Assembly (NCBI GenBank): GCA_036630325.1
Contig: CP142729.1
Location: 434,001 to 498,000, forward strand
Origin: Vairimorpha necatrix
Lineage: Eukaryota
Length of the DNA: 64,000 nucleotides
Direction: 5' to 3'
The notes beneath the pieces are model-generated. The model worked only from the letters and a program-made list of their open reading frames with translations, had not been told where the DNA came from and did not search any database. Below are positions 21,899 through 31,268 of this stretch, piece after piece. Position numbers and translations under genes: made by a program. Numbering within the stretch: the first letter of the stretch is position 1; the number at the start of each line of letters is the position of its first letter.

Positions 21899-22909
21899 AT
21901 GAAAGACAAAAACCACACAAGCCAGCGTATTTATTTAACTGATGACAATAATGACCAAATCTCCGGGACTAAAAAACAAAGTCGTATTGAGCTCAGAGCT
22001 CTAAAAGACGCATACGCTCTCAAAATTGAACCAGACTATTCTCCTAAAGAAAATATCTTACCAGAAGTCGATTTACAAAGAGTCACGTCTTATTGTACAG
22101 CAGAAAATTTTAATTTAAAAGGCCTCTGTAAATTTCTTAAAAAATCTGATTTTGCTTCAAAAGTCTCTGTTTATTTTGGCGAATGCCTCTACGCCTCATT
22201 TAAATTTGACGAAAAATCTCATGACTGTTTTTTTTATGACTTTGGCGTCTTAGTCTGTTGGGGAATGGACGAAAATGAAGAATCAAAAATTTTAAATCTT
22301 ATTGAAAAATTCGAAGTTAATAAATATTTACCTAGTAATGTGGAAATTGAATCTTTTAAATATGGAATAACTGATGATCCATTCATTATTAATGACGTAA
22401 TATATCTAAACTCAGAGAATTATTTTACTAAAATGGTTATTTCTATCGCCATAGCTCAAAGTGTAAAATTAGATTTTTTTGAAAATTTAGTAGATTACAC
22501 AATAGAACTGGTCAAAGATCTACCGGAAGAAGTAGAAAAAGAAGGTAAAGTAAGTAAAACAAGGAAACAATTACTTAAAATTATTGGTAAGTTACATAAA
22601 CTGAGATTTAGTCTCAATTTGGTCTCTAATATTTTAGATGAACCAGAATTCGTCTGGGATTATCCCGCGTTTTCCTCCGTGTATGAAACTTGTAGGAAAT
22701 ATTTGGACATTAAAAGTCGGGTAGATTTATTGAATAAAAGAGTGGATGTTATACATGGAATTTTGGAAATATTATCAGAAAATATAACTACTAATAATTC
22801 AGAGAGACTGGAAATAACGATGATTTTTATGATATCAGCTAATGTAATAATAGGAATTATACAAATTATTACTTATATGTGGATTTATAAACAATTTCAA
22901 AAAAATTAA
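21899..22909 (+). CDS. RMD1: RMD1/DUF155-family protein
   Basis: RVTSYCTAE, FYDFGVLVCWG, ISIAIAQSVKL..FE, ILDEPEFVW and a C-terminal TM segment. Confidence 0.88.
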   Translation: MKDKNHTSQRIYLTDDNNDQISGTKKQSRIELRALKDAYALKIEPDYSPKENILPEVDLQRVTSYCTAENFNLKGLCKFLKKSDFASKVSVYFGECLYASFKFDEKSHDCFFYDFGVLVCWGMDENEESKILNLIEKFEVNKYLPSNVEIESFKYGITDDPFIINDVIYLNSENYFTKMVISIAIAQSVKLDFFENLVDYTIELVKDLPEEVEKEGKVSKTRKQLLKIIGKLHKLRFSLNLVSNILDEPEFVWDYPAFSSVYETCRKYLDIKSRVDLLNKRVDVIHGILEILSENITTNNSERLEITMIFMISANVIIGIIQIITYMWIYKQFQKN

Positions 22910-23055
22910 AAATTTTTAATTTAAAAAAAAACAAATTTGTCTTGAATTATTATACGATATCAAAAAATGACCTAATTTACTATACTCTAAACAATATCTA
23001 ATGCTACAAAATATATATCTACTTATAACAACAACCATACAAATCGCTTTTCTAA

Positions 23056-23127
23056 GCCCTGTTAGCTCAGTGGTAGAGCATTAGGCTTTTAACCTAAGGG
23101 TCGCGGGTTCGAGTCCCGCACAGGGTG
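23056..23127 (+). tRNA. tRNA-Lys(TTT)
   Basis: Acceptor stem GCCCTGT/ACAGGGT, D arm GCTC/GAGC, anticodon arm TTAGG-CTTTTAA-CCTAA, T arm GCGGG-TTCGAGT-CCCGC. Confidence 0.96.
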
Positions 23128-23521
23128 TATTTTTAGTGTCAAAGCATTGTATAAATTCATATAAGTTTTAATAAAAAAAATCTACATACACAATTAAATC
23201 TGATATAATTTATGACTTGCAATTCATCTGTTTTAAAATTGATCTCTTTTTAGATCAAAATAATGTCATTTTTGACACCAATCTTATCCACGCTTTTATT
23301 TATCCTTTTTATCAAAACATGTAAAACTTTATAATTATAAGTAACAAATAATATTATAGACGATGACCAATAGAAAACTTACTTAATTTTTATCTAGTAC
23401 ATCTGTTTTTATGTCTTTATTTTACACCATTTTACAAAAATCTAAAAAAAAAAATTTTTTTTTATTGGTCATTTAATTTTCAATAAAAATATATAAATAA
23501 AAAACCAATCCAAATTTAACA

Positions 23522-25621
23522 ATGTGTGGAATTTTCGGATATGCAAACTTTTTAACAGAAAAAACCAAAAAACAAATCTCTTCTATTTTAATCAATGGTC
23601 TAAAACGTATAGAATATCGTGGCTATGATTCAGCTGGTTTTTGTATTCAAGGCAACGACAACAAAAATTACATTTTATTCAAAGAAGTTGGTAAAGTTGA
23701 AAAACTTGAGGAAATGACAAATCAACAAGAAATAGTCGACATGGACCGCTTACTATACAACCACGTAGGTATAGCTCACACTAGATGGGCTACACATGGA
23801 AAACCAAGTGTCATTAATTGTCATCCACTTAAATCTGATCCAGAAGGTAAATTCTGTGTAATTCATAATGGTATAATTACAAATTTTAAAACGTTAAAAG
23901 AATTTTTGAAAAAACGGAATTATGAATTTGAAAGTGATACTGATACAGAAGTGGTGGCTACATTGTGTTTGTATTTTTATAACGAAGAAATCAAGAAAAA
24001 TGATGATCCAAAGTTTGTTGATATAATAAAGAAAGTTATAAAAAGATGTGATGGTGCTTTTTCGTTTGCTTTTATATCACCACTATTTCCTAATGAAATG
24101 GTGGCTGTACGTGTAAGTTCACCACTTTTAGTAGGTCTAAAAGGTGCAGACAAAATGTCATTAGATTTTTTCGATGTCAGTTATGGAAATATTAATGATG
24201 ACAGACCTGTATCGCCTTTGGCGTCACAGAATAATTCACCTAAATTGAATCCATTAAACCAAAATCAGAATTTAATTGACGATTTAAGAAAAGGTGTTGA
24301 TAGGTGCACTTTACACGCTGCTGATAATGATTCATTAGAAGTTTTTGTATCTTCAGATGCGTCTGCTTTGATTGAGCATACTAATAAAGTTATATACTTG
24401 GAAGATTATGACATTTGTCATATATTCGCGGGAAATTTAGTAATACACAGACCTAATTCTAAACAATTAGATACGTTAGGAGATAAACGAGAAGTCAAGA
24501 CGATAGAAACAGAGTTGAATGCGATAATGAAAGGTAATTACGCGCATTTTATGTTAAAAGAGATCAATGAACAAAAGGATTCTGTAGTTAATACGATGAG
24601 AGGTAGAGTAAATTTTGAAGAAAATGCAGTTAATTTAGGAGGTATTAAAGAGTATGTGAATGTTATAAAGAAATGTAGTAGATTTATTTTTATAGCATGT
24701 GGTACGAGTTACCACGCAGCGTTGAGTGTTAAGAATTTGTTTGAAGAATTAGTTGAGATACCTGTTAATATTGAAATAGCCAGTGATTTTTATGACAGAT
24801 GTCCACCAATTAACAGAAATGATTGCGTATTTTTTATTAGTCAGAGTGGAGAGACGGCGGACACAGTGGTTGCTTTGAGATATTGTCTAAAACAAGGCGC
24901 TTTGACAGTAGGAGTGACTAATATTGTAGGTAGTACCATATCAAGAGAGACACATTGTGGAGTACATATTAATGCAGGACCAGAGATAGGAGTAGCGAGT
25001 ACTAAAGCTTATACTAGTCAGTTTGTCGCTTTGGTACTCATTTCCCTACAAATTAGTCAAGATAACTTGTCTAAGAAAGATAGAAGGTCTAGTATTATTA
25101 ATGAGTTACAGAATATTACACACAAGATTAGTCAAGTAATAGCTTTAAATGATGATATTAAGCAGTACGCTGAGGAGATTTCAGAAGTAAGTTCGTTGAT
25201 TTTAGTAGGTAGAGGATACCAGTATCCGATATGTATGGAAGGAGCCTTGAAGATTAAAGAGATAACTTATATACATTCCGAAGGTATAATGGCCGGAGAA
25301 TTGAAGCATGGGCCTATTGCACTGATCGAAGAGAGCCTGAATATTATTTTTTTTGCTACTAATGATAAGAATATTGACAAGGCGTCTAATGCACTCCACC
25401 AAATTACAGCCCGAAATGGCAAGCCCGTGGTGATAGTGTCAGAAAGTGTTAGTGAGTCTTTTAAAGATCTCAAGTGTTTTGTAGTACCAGACACAGTGGA
25501 TTGTCTACAAGGAATATTGACAGTTATTCCTGTTCAATTACTTTCGTATCATTTAGCAGTACTTCGTGGATTTAATCCTGATTTCCCAAGAAACCTAGCC
25601 AAATCAATAACAGTAGAATAA
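23522..25621 (+). CDS. GFA1: Glutamine:fructose-6-phosphate amidotransferase
   Basis: MCGIFG, IEYRGYDSAG, HTRWATHG, SQSGETAD, GELKHGP and PRNLAKSITVE. Confidence 0.98.
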   Translation: MCGIFGYANFLTEKTKKQISSILINGLKRIEYRGYDSAGFCIQGNDNKNYILFKEVGKVEKLEEMTNQQEIVDMDRLLYNHVGIAHTRWATHGKPSVINCHPLKSDPEGKFCVIHNGIITNFKTLKEFLKKRNYEFESDTDTEVVATLCLYFYNEEIKKNDDPKFVDIIKKVIKRCDGAFSFAFISPLFPNEMVAVRVSSPLLVGLKGADKMSLDFFDVSYGNINDDRPVSPLASQNNSPKLNPLNQNQNLIDDLRKGVDRCTLHAADNDSLEVFVSSDASALIEHTNKVIYLEDYDICHIFAGNLVIHRPNSKQLDTLGDKREVKTIETELNAIMKGNYAHFMLKEINEQKDSVVNTMRGRVNFEENAVNLGGIKEYVNVIKKCSRFIFIACGTSYHAALSVKNLFEELVEIPVNIEIASDFYDRCPPINRNDCVFFISQSGETADTVVALRYCLKQGALTVGVTNIVGSTISRETHCGVHINAGPEIGVASTKAYTSQFVALVLISLQISQDNLSKKDRRSSIINELQNITHKISQVIALNDDIKQYAEEISEVSSLILVGRGYQYPICMEGALKIKEITYIHSEGIMAGELKHGPIALIEESLNIIFFATNDKNIDKASNALHQITARNGKPVVIVSESVSESFKDLKCFVVPDTVDCLQGILTVIPVQLLSYHLAVLRGFNPDFPRNLAKSITVE

Positions 25622-25811
25622 ATGATTTATTCATAAACTATTTTCAATTTATGTACAAAGTAATCATTATGAACACTGATATACTTATTATATAGTGCTA
25701 TATATATTTATAATATTTTTATTGTATGTTTATAAATAGTAGAAATATTACATTATTCCACAAATAATGCATCAAAAGGACATAAGATGTGTTTGAGAAG
25801 ATAGTAGACGC

Positions 25812-26747
25812 CTATTTATGAATGTATTTTGCAAGTTGCTTGGCACTATACCTCTTGGCCGGATTAAATACTATCATCTTCTCATATAAGTTTATATTTG
25901 TTCCGTCCTCAACATTTTCTTCTAAATATTTTCTTATTCCTTTACTCTCGTATTCTTCAGGGATGACGCCCATCTCGTACAGGTCTGCTTTACTGCATTT
26001 TACTATGCTGAGTATTTGAGATAACATTTCTCTGTTTCCAGACCCCTTAAAAAGGGTTTCCTTAGTGTGACATTCTACTAGCACACATCCCGCGCTCCAG
26101 ATGTCTATCTTGCAGTCATACGTCTCTATACCCAGTATATTTTCTGGGCTCCTGTAGTATCTACTGCAGACATAGGGAATATTATTCTTACCCTTTTCTA
26201 ATACTTTGGCGCTTCCCAGGTCGCATATGACTATCCTATTCAGTCTATCTGTAAGGAGTAGATTCGCCGGCTTTATGTCTCTATGACATATTCCTCTACT
26301 GTGTAGATAGTCCAGGGCTGATATGATCTGACTAGTCCAGTCCTTTATAAATTTATTATATTTTATATTTCTATCTAAAATTAGTGTCTCTAAATTATAA
26401 GGATGATATTCCATGAATAAGTTCAAGTATCTTCCTTTACTGGTCTCTTCCTCATAATTATAATATTGTAATTTTACTATATTCTCGTGTTGGATCTTTT
26501 TGAATATTTCTAATTCTCTATTGTGAAATCTTGAGTCTTGGAATACTTGCTTGAGGGCGTATTTCCTCTGGTTTATCTGGTCTTCTATTTGTATTACCAC
26601 GCCGAATGTGCCTCTTCCTATCATTTTAATATTTCTGAAACTCAGAGCCGAGGATTCATTCCTCAGATTGTAGACTATAATGTTCTTGATTTCTTTCCAA
26701 GTCTCTTTCAATTTACCAAGAATTTCTTGTATTTTACTAGCACTCAT
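25812..26747 (-). CDS. GSK3-like Ser/Thr kinase (Mrk1/Rim11 type)
   Basis: GRGTFGVV, NRELEI, HRDIKPANLL, CDLGSAK and YVCSRYYRSPE. Confidence 0.9.
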   Translation of the reverse strand: MSASKIQEILGKLKETWKEIKNIIVYNLRNESSALSFRNIKMIGRGTFGVVIQIEDQINQRKYALKQVFQDSRFHNRELEIFKKIQHENIVKLQYYNYEEETSKGRYLNLFMEYHPYNLETLILDRNIKYNKFIKDWTSQIISALDYLHSRGICHRDIKPANLLLTDRLNRIVICDLGSAKVLEKGKNNIPYVCSRYYRSPENILGIETYDCKIDIWSAGCVLVECHTKETLFKGSGNREMLSQILSIVKCSKADLYEMGVIPEEYESKGIRKYLEENVEDGTNINLYEKMIVFNPAKRYSAKQLAKYIHK

Positions 26748-26802
26748 TGGGGTAAAATATATTTGATATTGTATTTATAATTAGTATCTCTATAAATATT
26801 TC

Positions 26803-27570
26803 TTATATATTCTGGTTTATGTATCTTAAGGACATTCCTAGTGTCCAATTCACTTTGACTCCTATCAAGTCCCTTTTGACTCCTAGCCTGTCTAGGAATA
26901 TCTTCAAATATTCATTATTTATATCTTTAATCTTTAACTTTTGATTTCTTGTAAACCCTGAACTAATGTACACTGGTAAATTATTGTCTATGGGCTTAAT
27001 ATTTTTAATATTTTTTATATCTTCTAAATTAGTGGTGCCTATCTGGTAACTCTTATAATTATCTCTGGTCACTACTTGTGTACTGGCCCCTCCCATGTCT
27101 ATTAAATTGAAATTCGATAATTTCAAGATATATTTTAGAGATTGGTACCCAAGATACCCTTCATATTCCCCACTTAAGATGCCGGCCTCTTTAATATTAA
27201 ATCTAAGGAGAAGGGCCTTGATAAATTTAAGCTTTTTGAGATTCAAGGGATGCCTGAAGCCAGCAGTGCAGTAGACCCCCACTGGGATCTTAAAGACATA
27301 CTCTGGTAACTGGATTGTCAGCTTATTTAGACTGTCTCTGATTTCTTGTCGATTCATCTTATGAAGTCCCCCTGGGACTTCATAATGTTTATATTTAATA
27401 AGTTCTTTATCTTCTGAATATCCGAATATATTGAATCTTGTCCCTGTGCTGCCTATGTCTATAATTCCTATAAGAAAACTCAACATAATGAAATAACACT
27501 GTATTCCATTTATACTGTCAAAACATCTAAAACACAATGTTTCAAATGAAAAATTTCTCTTACACACCAT
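26803..27570 (-). CDS. Compact GDA1/CD39-family nucleoside diphosphatase/apyrase
   Basis: All five apyrase conserved regions are present: DIGSTGTR, CTAGFR, LSGEYEG, DMGGASTQ and WTLG. The start is uncertain (27570 or 27486). Confidence 0.85.
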   Translation of the reverse strand: MVCKRNFSFETLCFRCFDSINGIQCYFIMLSFLIGIIDIGSTGTRFNIFGYSEDKELIKYKHYEVPGGLHKMNRQEIRDSLNKLTIQLPEYVFKIPVGVYCTAGFRHPLNLKKLKFIKALLLRFNIKEAGILSGEYEGYLGYQSLKYILKLSNFNLIDMGGASTQVVTRDNYKSYQIGTTNLEDIKNIKNIKPIDNNLPVYISSGFTRNQKLKIKDINNEYLKIFLDRLGVKRDLIGVKVNWTLGMSLRYINQNI

Positions 27571-27801
27571 AACAATCTATGCTGTATCTATAATAATTTT
27601 ACAATGAATCTAATTATTTTATACTAAATCTTATTATATATGGAGTATCTAGAATAATTTTATAATGGATCTTATTTATATGTTGAATATCATTTATATG
27701 TTGAATCTTTTTATGTTCTGGATCAGATTAATCTACTTATCTTTTTGTTAGTCTAAATTTTCGTATTTTTTTAAATAATTTATATTTTTCTTGTTTTACC
27801 C

Positions 27802-29670
27802 ATGTCTAATAAATCTCTGGAAAATCTAAATTCTCAATTCATAAATGTTCTCAAATCTCTAAACATAGAAGACACAAAACACCAAAAACTAAGTATAAAC
27901 TTAGACCTCAACAAGAAAATCAAAACCATCATATCTATTCAATCCCTCGAAGAAAGGAAGAGTAACATACCTAAATACTTAAATAACCCCAAATCATACA
28001 TATCTCTCCTCTCATTATCATTATCTCTAAACACTAAAACCCTTTACACTGTCTTTTGTAATAATAATGGCATAAACATCCTGCATGATATTTTGGAAAA
28101 TCAAGATAAAGAGAAATCAAGTCTAGCACTAGACTTGATTTACAGACTAGTGCAAACATATGACATGGAATATAATAAGAAACTTGTTATTGGTAAAGCA
28201 TGCGAATATGGGAGATGGGAGATACTTGATATTTTGGAAAATTACGAAATTCTTTTTGATGGAGAATGTTTATGCAAAATGCTGATTTTCAAATTCTTAA
28301 ATAGTTTTCCAAATGAGTTTGTTTGTAAAATACAACAAACTAAATTTGAAAAAATATATAAATACATAAAAAATAATGAAATTTATGTAAATGAAAAAGA
28401 GGAAAAAAAGCTTGAGAAAAATGATGATGAAGAGAAACAAAAACAACTTGAAAAAGTTATATTAGATACATTATTTCTTAGGAATGAAAAAGGTAATCCA
28501 GTAAAAATCCACTACGAAAAACTAACTACCTCAAGAGAAGTTAAGTTGGTCGATGAGCCAACTATCAATAAATTAAATAATGACTTGAATGAACTCAAAA
28601 TTAACAAAAAAGAAGACAATAATAAAAAGACACTAAAGAAGAAAATGGTCTTTAAGAAGAAAGAGCCTTCTGTTTCTTATCTCCCTATAAAATGGACCAA
28701 GATTTCAAAAATGAACACTTTGTTTGCTTCTCTAGATCTTGAAAAATATAAAACTTTCTTCTCTAAAGAAGATTTAGAATATTTTGTAATAAAAAAAGAC
28801 ATTAAAAAAGAACCAGAAAAACAAGCAGATAAAAAGAAAGAGTCACCTATAGATCCTAAAAAGGCCTATGCCTTAAATATTGCTTTATCTCGTATTAAGT
28901 GCGAATATAAGCTTGTTGTCTCAGAAATCTTAAATCAAGATTTAATTCTCATAAATGAGAATTTGGTCAATCAACTTCTTCTTTATTTTCCCAGTGATCA
29001 AGAGATGTCGAATATTTTATTATCAGATTTAGAAGATAAATATATTTTATTCTTTAAGGAATGTGAAGATTGTTATTTGGATATAAAAGAGAATTTAAAA
29101 GGGATTAAGTTGAATATTTTAATAAGGAATTTCAATATAAATAATATTTTATTATTTATAAAGTTCTTTGAAGATTTAATTAAGAGTGAATATATGAAAT
29201 GCCTTTTGGGGAGTATTTTATGTTTAGGGAATATTGTCAATAAAGGGACTACTTATGGAAATGCGGAAGGATTTAGTATTAAAGATATACAAGATATATT
29301 AAATATGAGAGTAACACCATCTACTACAAAGAGTATTAGTAGTAATAAAATAGAAATAATGAATTATAAGAGAAATAATATATTGACAATTAGAGATATA
29401 ATAAAAAAGAAGATACCCCAGAATGATATAAATATAAATAATAATATTAAGAATCAGAGTTATGATAATTTACTCTCTGAATTTAAGGAGATCATAGAAT
29501 TAAAAAGAGAATATTCTTATAATCATAAGGAATATGAAGTAATGTATGAGAAATATAAAGAAATGATAGACAGAGCCGAGGAAGTAAGGAAAATGTACGG
29601 AATAGAAAGGATTACAGACGAGATGATCAACATATTAATATCCTTAATTGAGATACCAGATAAGCACTAA
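27802..29670 (+). CDS. Formin-like protein (FH2 domain)
   Basis: PIKWTKI, IDPKKAYALNIALS and ILCLGNIVNKG..GNAEGF FH2 motifs. Start context is ACCCATG. Confidence 0.85.
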   Translation: MSNKSLENLNSQFINVLKSLNIEDTKHQKLSINLDLNKKIKTIISIQSLEERKSNIPKYLNNPKSYISLLSLSLSLNTKTLYTVFCNNNGINILHDILENQDKEKSSLALDLIYRLVQTYDMEYNKKLVIGKACEYGRWEILDILENYEILFDGECLCKMLIFKFLNSFPNEFVCKIQQTKFEKIYKYIKNNEIYVNEKEEKKLEKNDDEEKQKQLEKVILDTLFLRNEKGNPVKIHYEKLTTSREVKLVDEPTINKLNNDLNELKINKKEDNNKKTLKKKMVFKKKEPSVSYLPIKWTKISKMNTLFASLDLEKYKTFFSKEDLEYFVIKKDIKKEPEKQADKKKESPIDPKKAYALNIALSRIKCEYKLVVSEILNQDLILINENLVNQLLLYFPSDQEMSNILLSDLEDKYILFFKECEDCYLDIKENLKGIKLNILIRNFNINNILLFIKFFEDLIKSEYMKCLLGSILCLGNIVNKGTTYGNAEGFSIKDIQDILNMRVTPSTTKSISSNKIEIMNYKRNNILTIRDIIKKKIPQNDININNNIKNQSYDNLLSEFKEIIELKREYSYNHKEYEVMYEKYKEMIDRAEEVRKMYGIERITDEMINILISLIEIPDKH

Positions 29671-29753
29671 AGAAAAGGAATATATCTTAAATAGAATATA
29701 ATAATTAGTGTTATTTATATGCTATTTATAATTTACATATATATTTTACCCCC

Positions 29754-29951
29754 ATGAATAAACAGAACTTGACAAATCTCCTTTCATTATTTATGTCTCA
29801 ATACATAACAAAACAAGAACTTACGAAATACTTCTCAATGGGCGACAAATTCAGCGAAGAAGAAATTATCAATTTATTAAGGCTACTGCCCTTTGACTCT
29901 AGTGATGGCATAAATCTGCATGAATTTGTAGACTTTTTAACCAGTAAATAA
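29754..29951 (+). CDS. Single-lobe EF-hand protein (myosin light chain/calmodulin C-lobe-like), 65 aa
   Basis: ITKQEL...MGDKFSEEEI..LL and DGINLHEFV. Start context is CCCCCATG. Confidence 0.75.
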   Translation: MNKQNLTNLLSLFMSQYITKQELTKYFSMGDKFSEEEIINLLRLLPFDSSDGINLHEFVDFLTSK

Positions 29952-30063
29952 AATAGTGCAATCTTCTTACATTTAATATATTAAAAAACTTTATACAACA
30001 TGTTAATATAAATTCCATCTAGTAAAATATACCGTAATATAAATTCAGGGTGTAAAAATTTAC

Positions 30064-30134
30064 CTCTCCCACCGGGACTCGAACCCGGGCCACCAGCGTG
30101 ACAGACTAGCATGCTACCACTGCACCATAGGAGA
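30064..30134 (-). tRNA. tRNA-Asp(GTC)
   Basis: The reverse complement TCTCCTATGGTGCAGTGGTAGCATGCTAGTCTGTCACGCTGGTGGCCCGGGTTCGAGTCCCGGTGGGAGAG folds as a cloverleaf with anticodon GTC. Confidence 0.93.
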
Positions 30135-30183
30135 CTGAAACAAACATAAAACATAAATAAAATATTGAGAGGATTAAAATGTA

Positions 30184-30351
30184 ATGACGACTATAAAATT
30201 CAAGAATGCGACAGAGGCAGATGACATGGTGTGTCTGACTATAAAACCAAAAGAGACAAGTGAAGAAAAGACGTCTGTGTTTGGTAAAATAGGGAGATAT
30301 TTGTATAACTTGTATGATAAATTTATAAACTCAATAAAGGCATTATTTTAA
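30184..30351 (+). CDS. Candidate small protein (55 aa; absent from the ORF track)
   Basis: MTTIKFKNATEADDMVCLTIKPKETSEEKTSVFGKIGRYLYNLYDKFINSIKALF*. Purine-rich, coding-like composition, but no CCC motif. Confidence 0.4.
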   Translation: MTTIKFKNATEADDMVCLTIKPKETSEEKTSVFGKIGRYLYNLYDKFINSIKALF

Positions 30352-30689
30352 TAATTAAAAATAACACTATCTCATCTGTATAATTATTTATAATATGGCA
30401 AATGTACATTATATGAGCTGAAATATGCTTAGACTTCTTTATCTTTAAAGATGTTTTTATTTCTTTCGCATAGACTCTTTGACTAAACACTGCATTACTA
30501 CCAAAATTATGATATTTGATTAATTTACCATATTAAAAAATTTTAATTTTTTTATATGACAAATTTATATTTTCTATAAGGCAATTTTTAATATATAAAA
30601 TTTTTTAATATAATAAATATATATTTTTTTGATAATTTAAGATTAAATCTGATAATATAATAAAATCCAATAGTATAAATTTTTATTTT

Positions 30690-31268
30690 TTAGCTTACCT
30701 TGATTACTATGTAAAAAAATGTTATATAACAACAATATATTAAAAAACTAAACAAATAATCACTCCTAGCATCTACAAATTGATGATCAGCAGTAAAATT
30801 TGCCTTAGAAATATACACTGCAAAAGTACTCGCCACTGCAATAAATATTATTTCTAAAAACTTGACCAATTTGCCAAAAAATATATAAATTGGCACATAA
30901 CAAAGACTTAATGCCGTAATATAACAATAAGAAGAAGTACTAGTATCATCCATCTTATTAATTAACCACTGACTATAATGCCCAACAGATATTGTAAAGA
31001 TCACGAAGAGAATGGTAAGTAGGCACACTCTAAGACCAATGGCAAAAATATTAAGACTTAAAGATAGAATAGAAAGAAGTGTAAAGGTGGCTATAGTTTG
31101 GATAAAAAGAAGAAATAAGACGAAACATGTATTAGAAGTGTAAGATGTGCCTTTTTGGAGGGATATGTTTTGTAAACATAAACATTTCATGTAATCTTTG
31201 AGAGTATCTTTGACAGTTCTGTTTGGGGCGAAATAACTTCTGGATGGATCTGATCGTCTAACTACCAT
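30690..31268 (-). CDS. Multi-pass membrane protein (about 5 TM segments; possibly Yip1-like)
   Basis: 192 aa with several hydrophobic segments and CCC upstream. The family assignment is weak. Confidence 0.6.
   Translation of the reverse strand: MVVRRSDPSRSYFAPNRTVKDTLKDYMKCLCLQNISLQKGTSYTSNTCFVLFLLFIQTIATFTLLSILSLSLNIFAIGLRVCLLTILFVIFTISVGHYSQWLINKMDDTSTSSYCYITALSLCYVPIYIFFGKLVKFLEIIFIAVASTFAVYISKANFTADHQFVDARSDYLFSFLIYCCYITFFYIVIKVS

Noticed and set aside
23056..23127. The local tRNA-Lys or tRNA-Asp as primer for the LTR elements
   Set aside because: Their 3' ends predict PBS TGGCACCC and TGGCTCTC, which do not match TGGCGAAC, TGGCGACA or TGGTGGAG.
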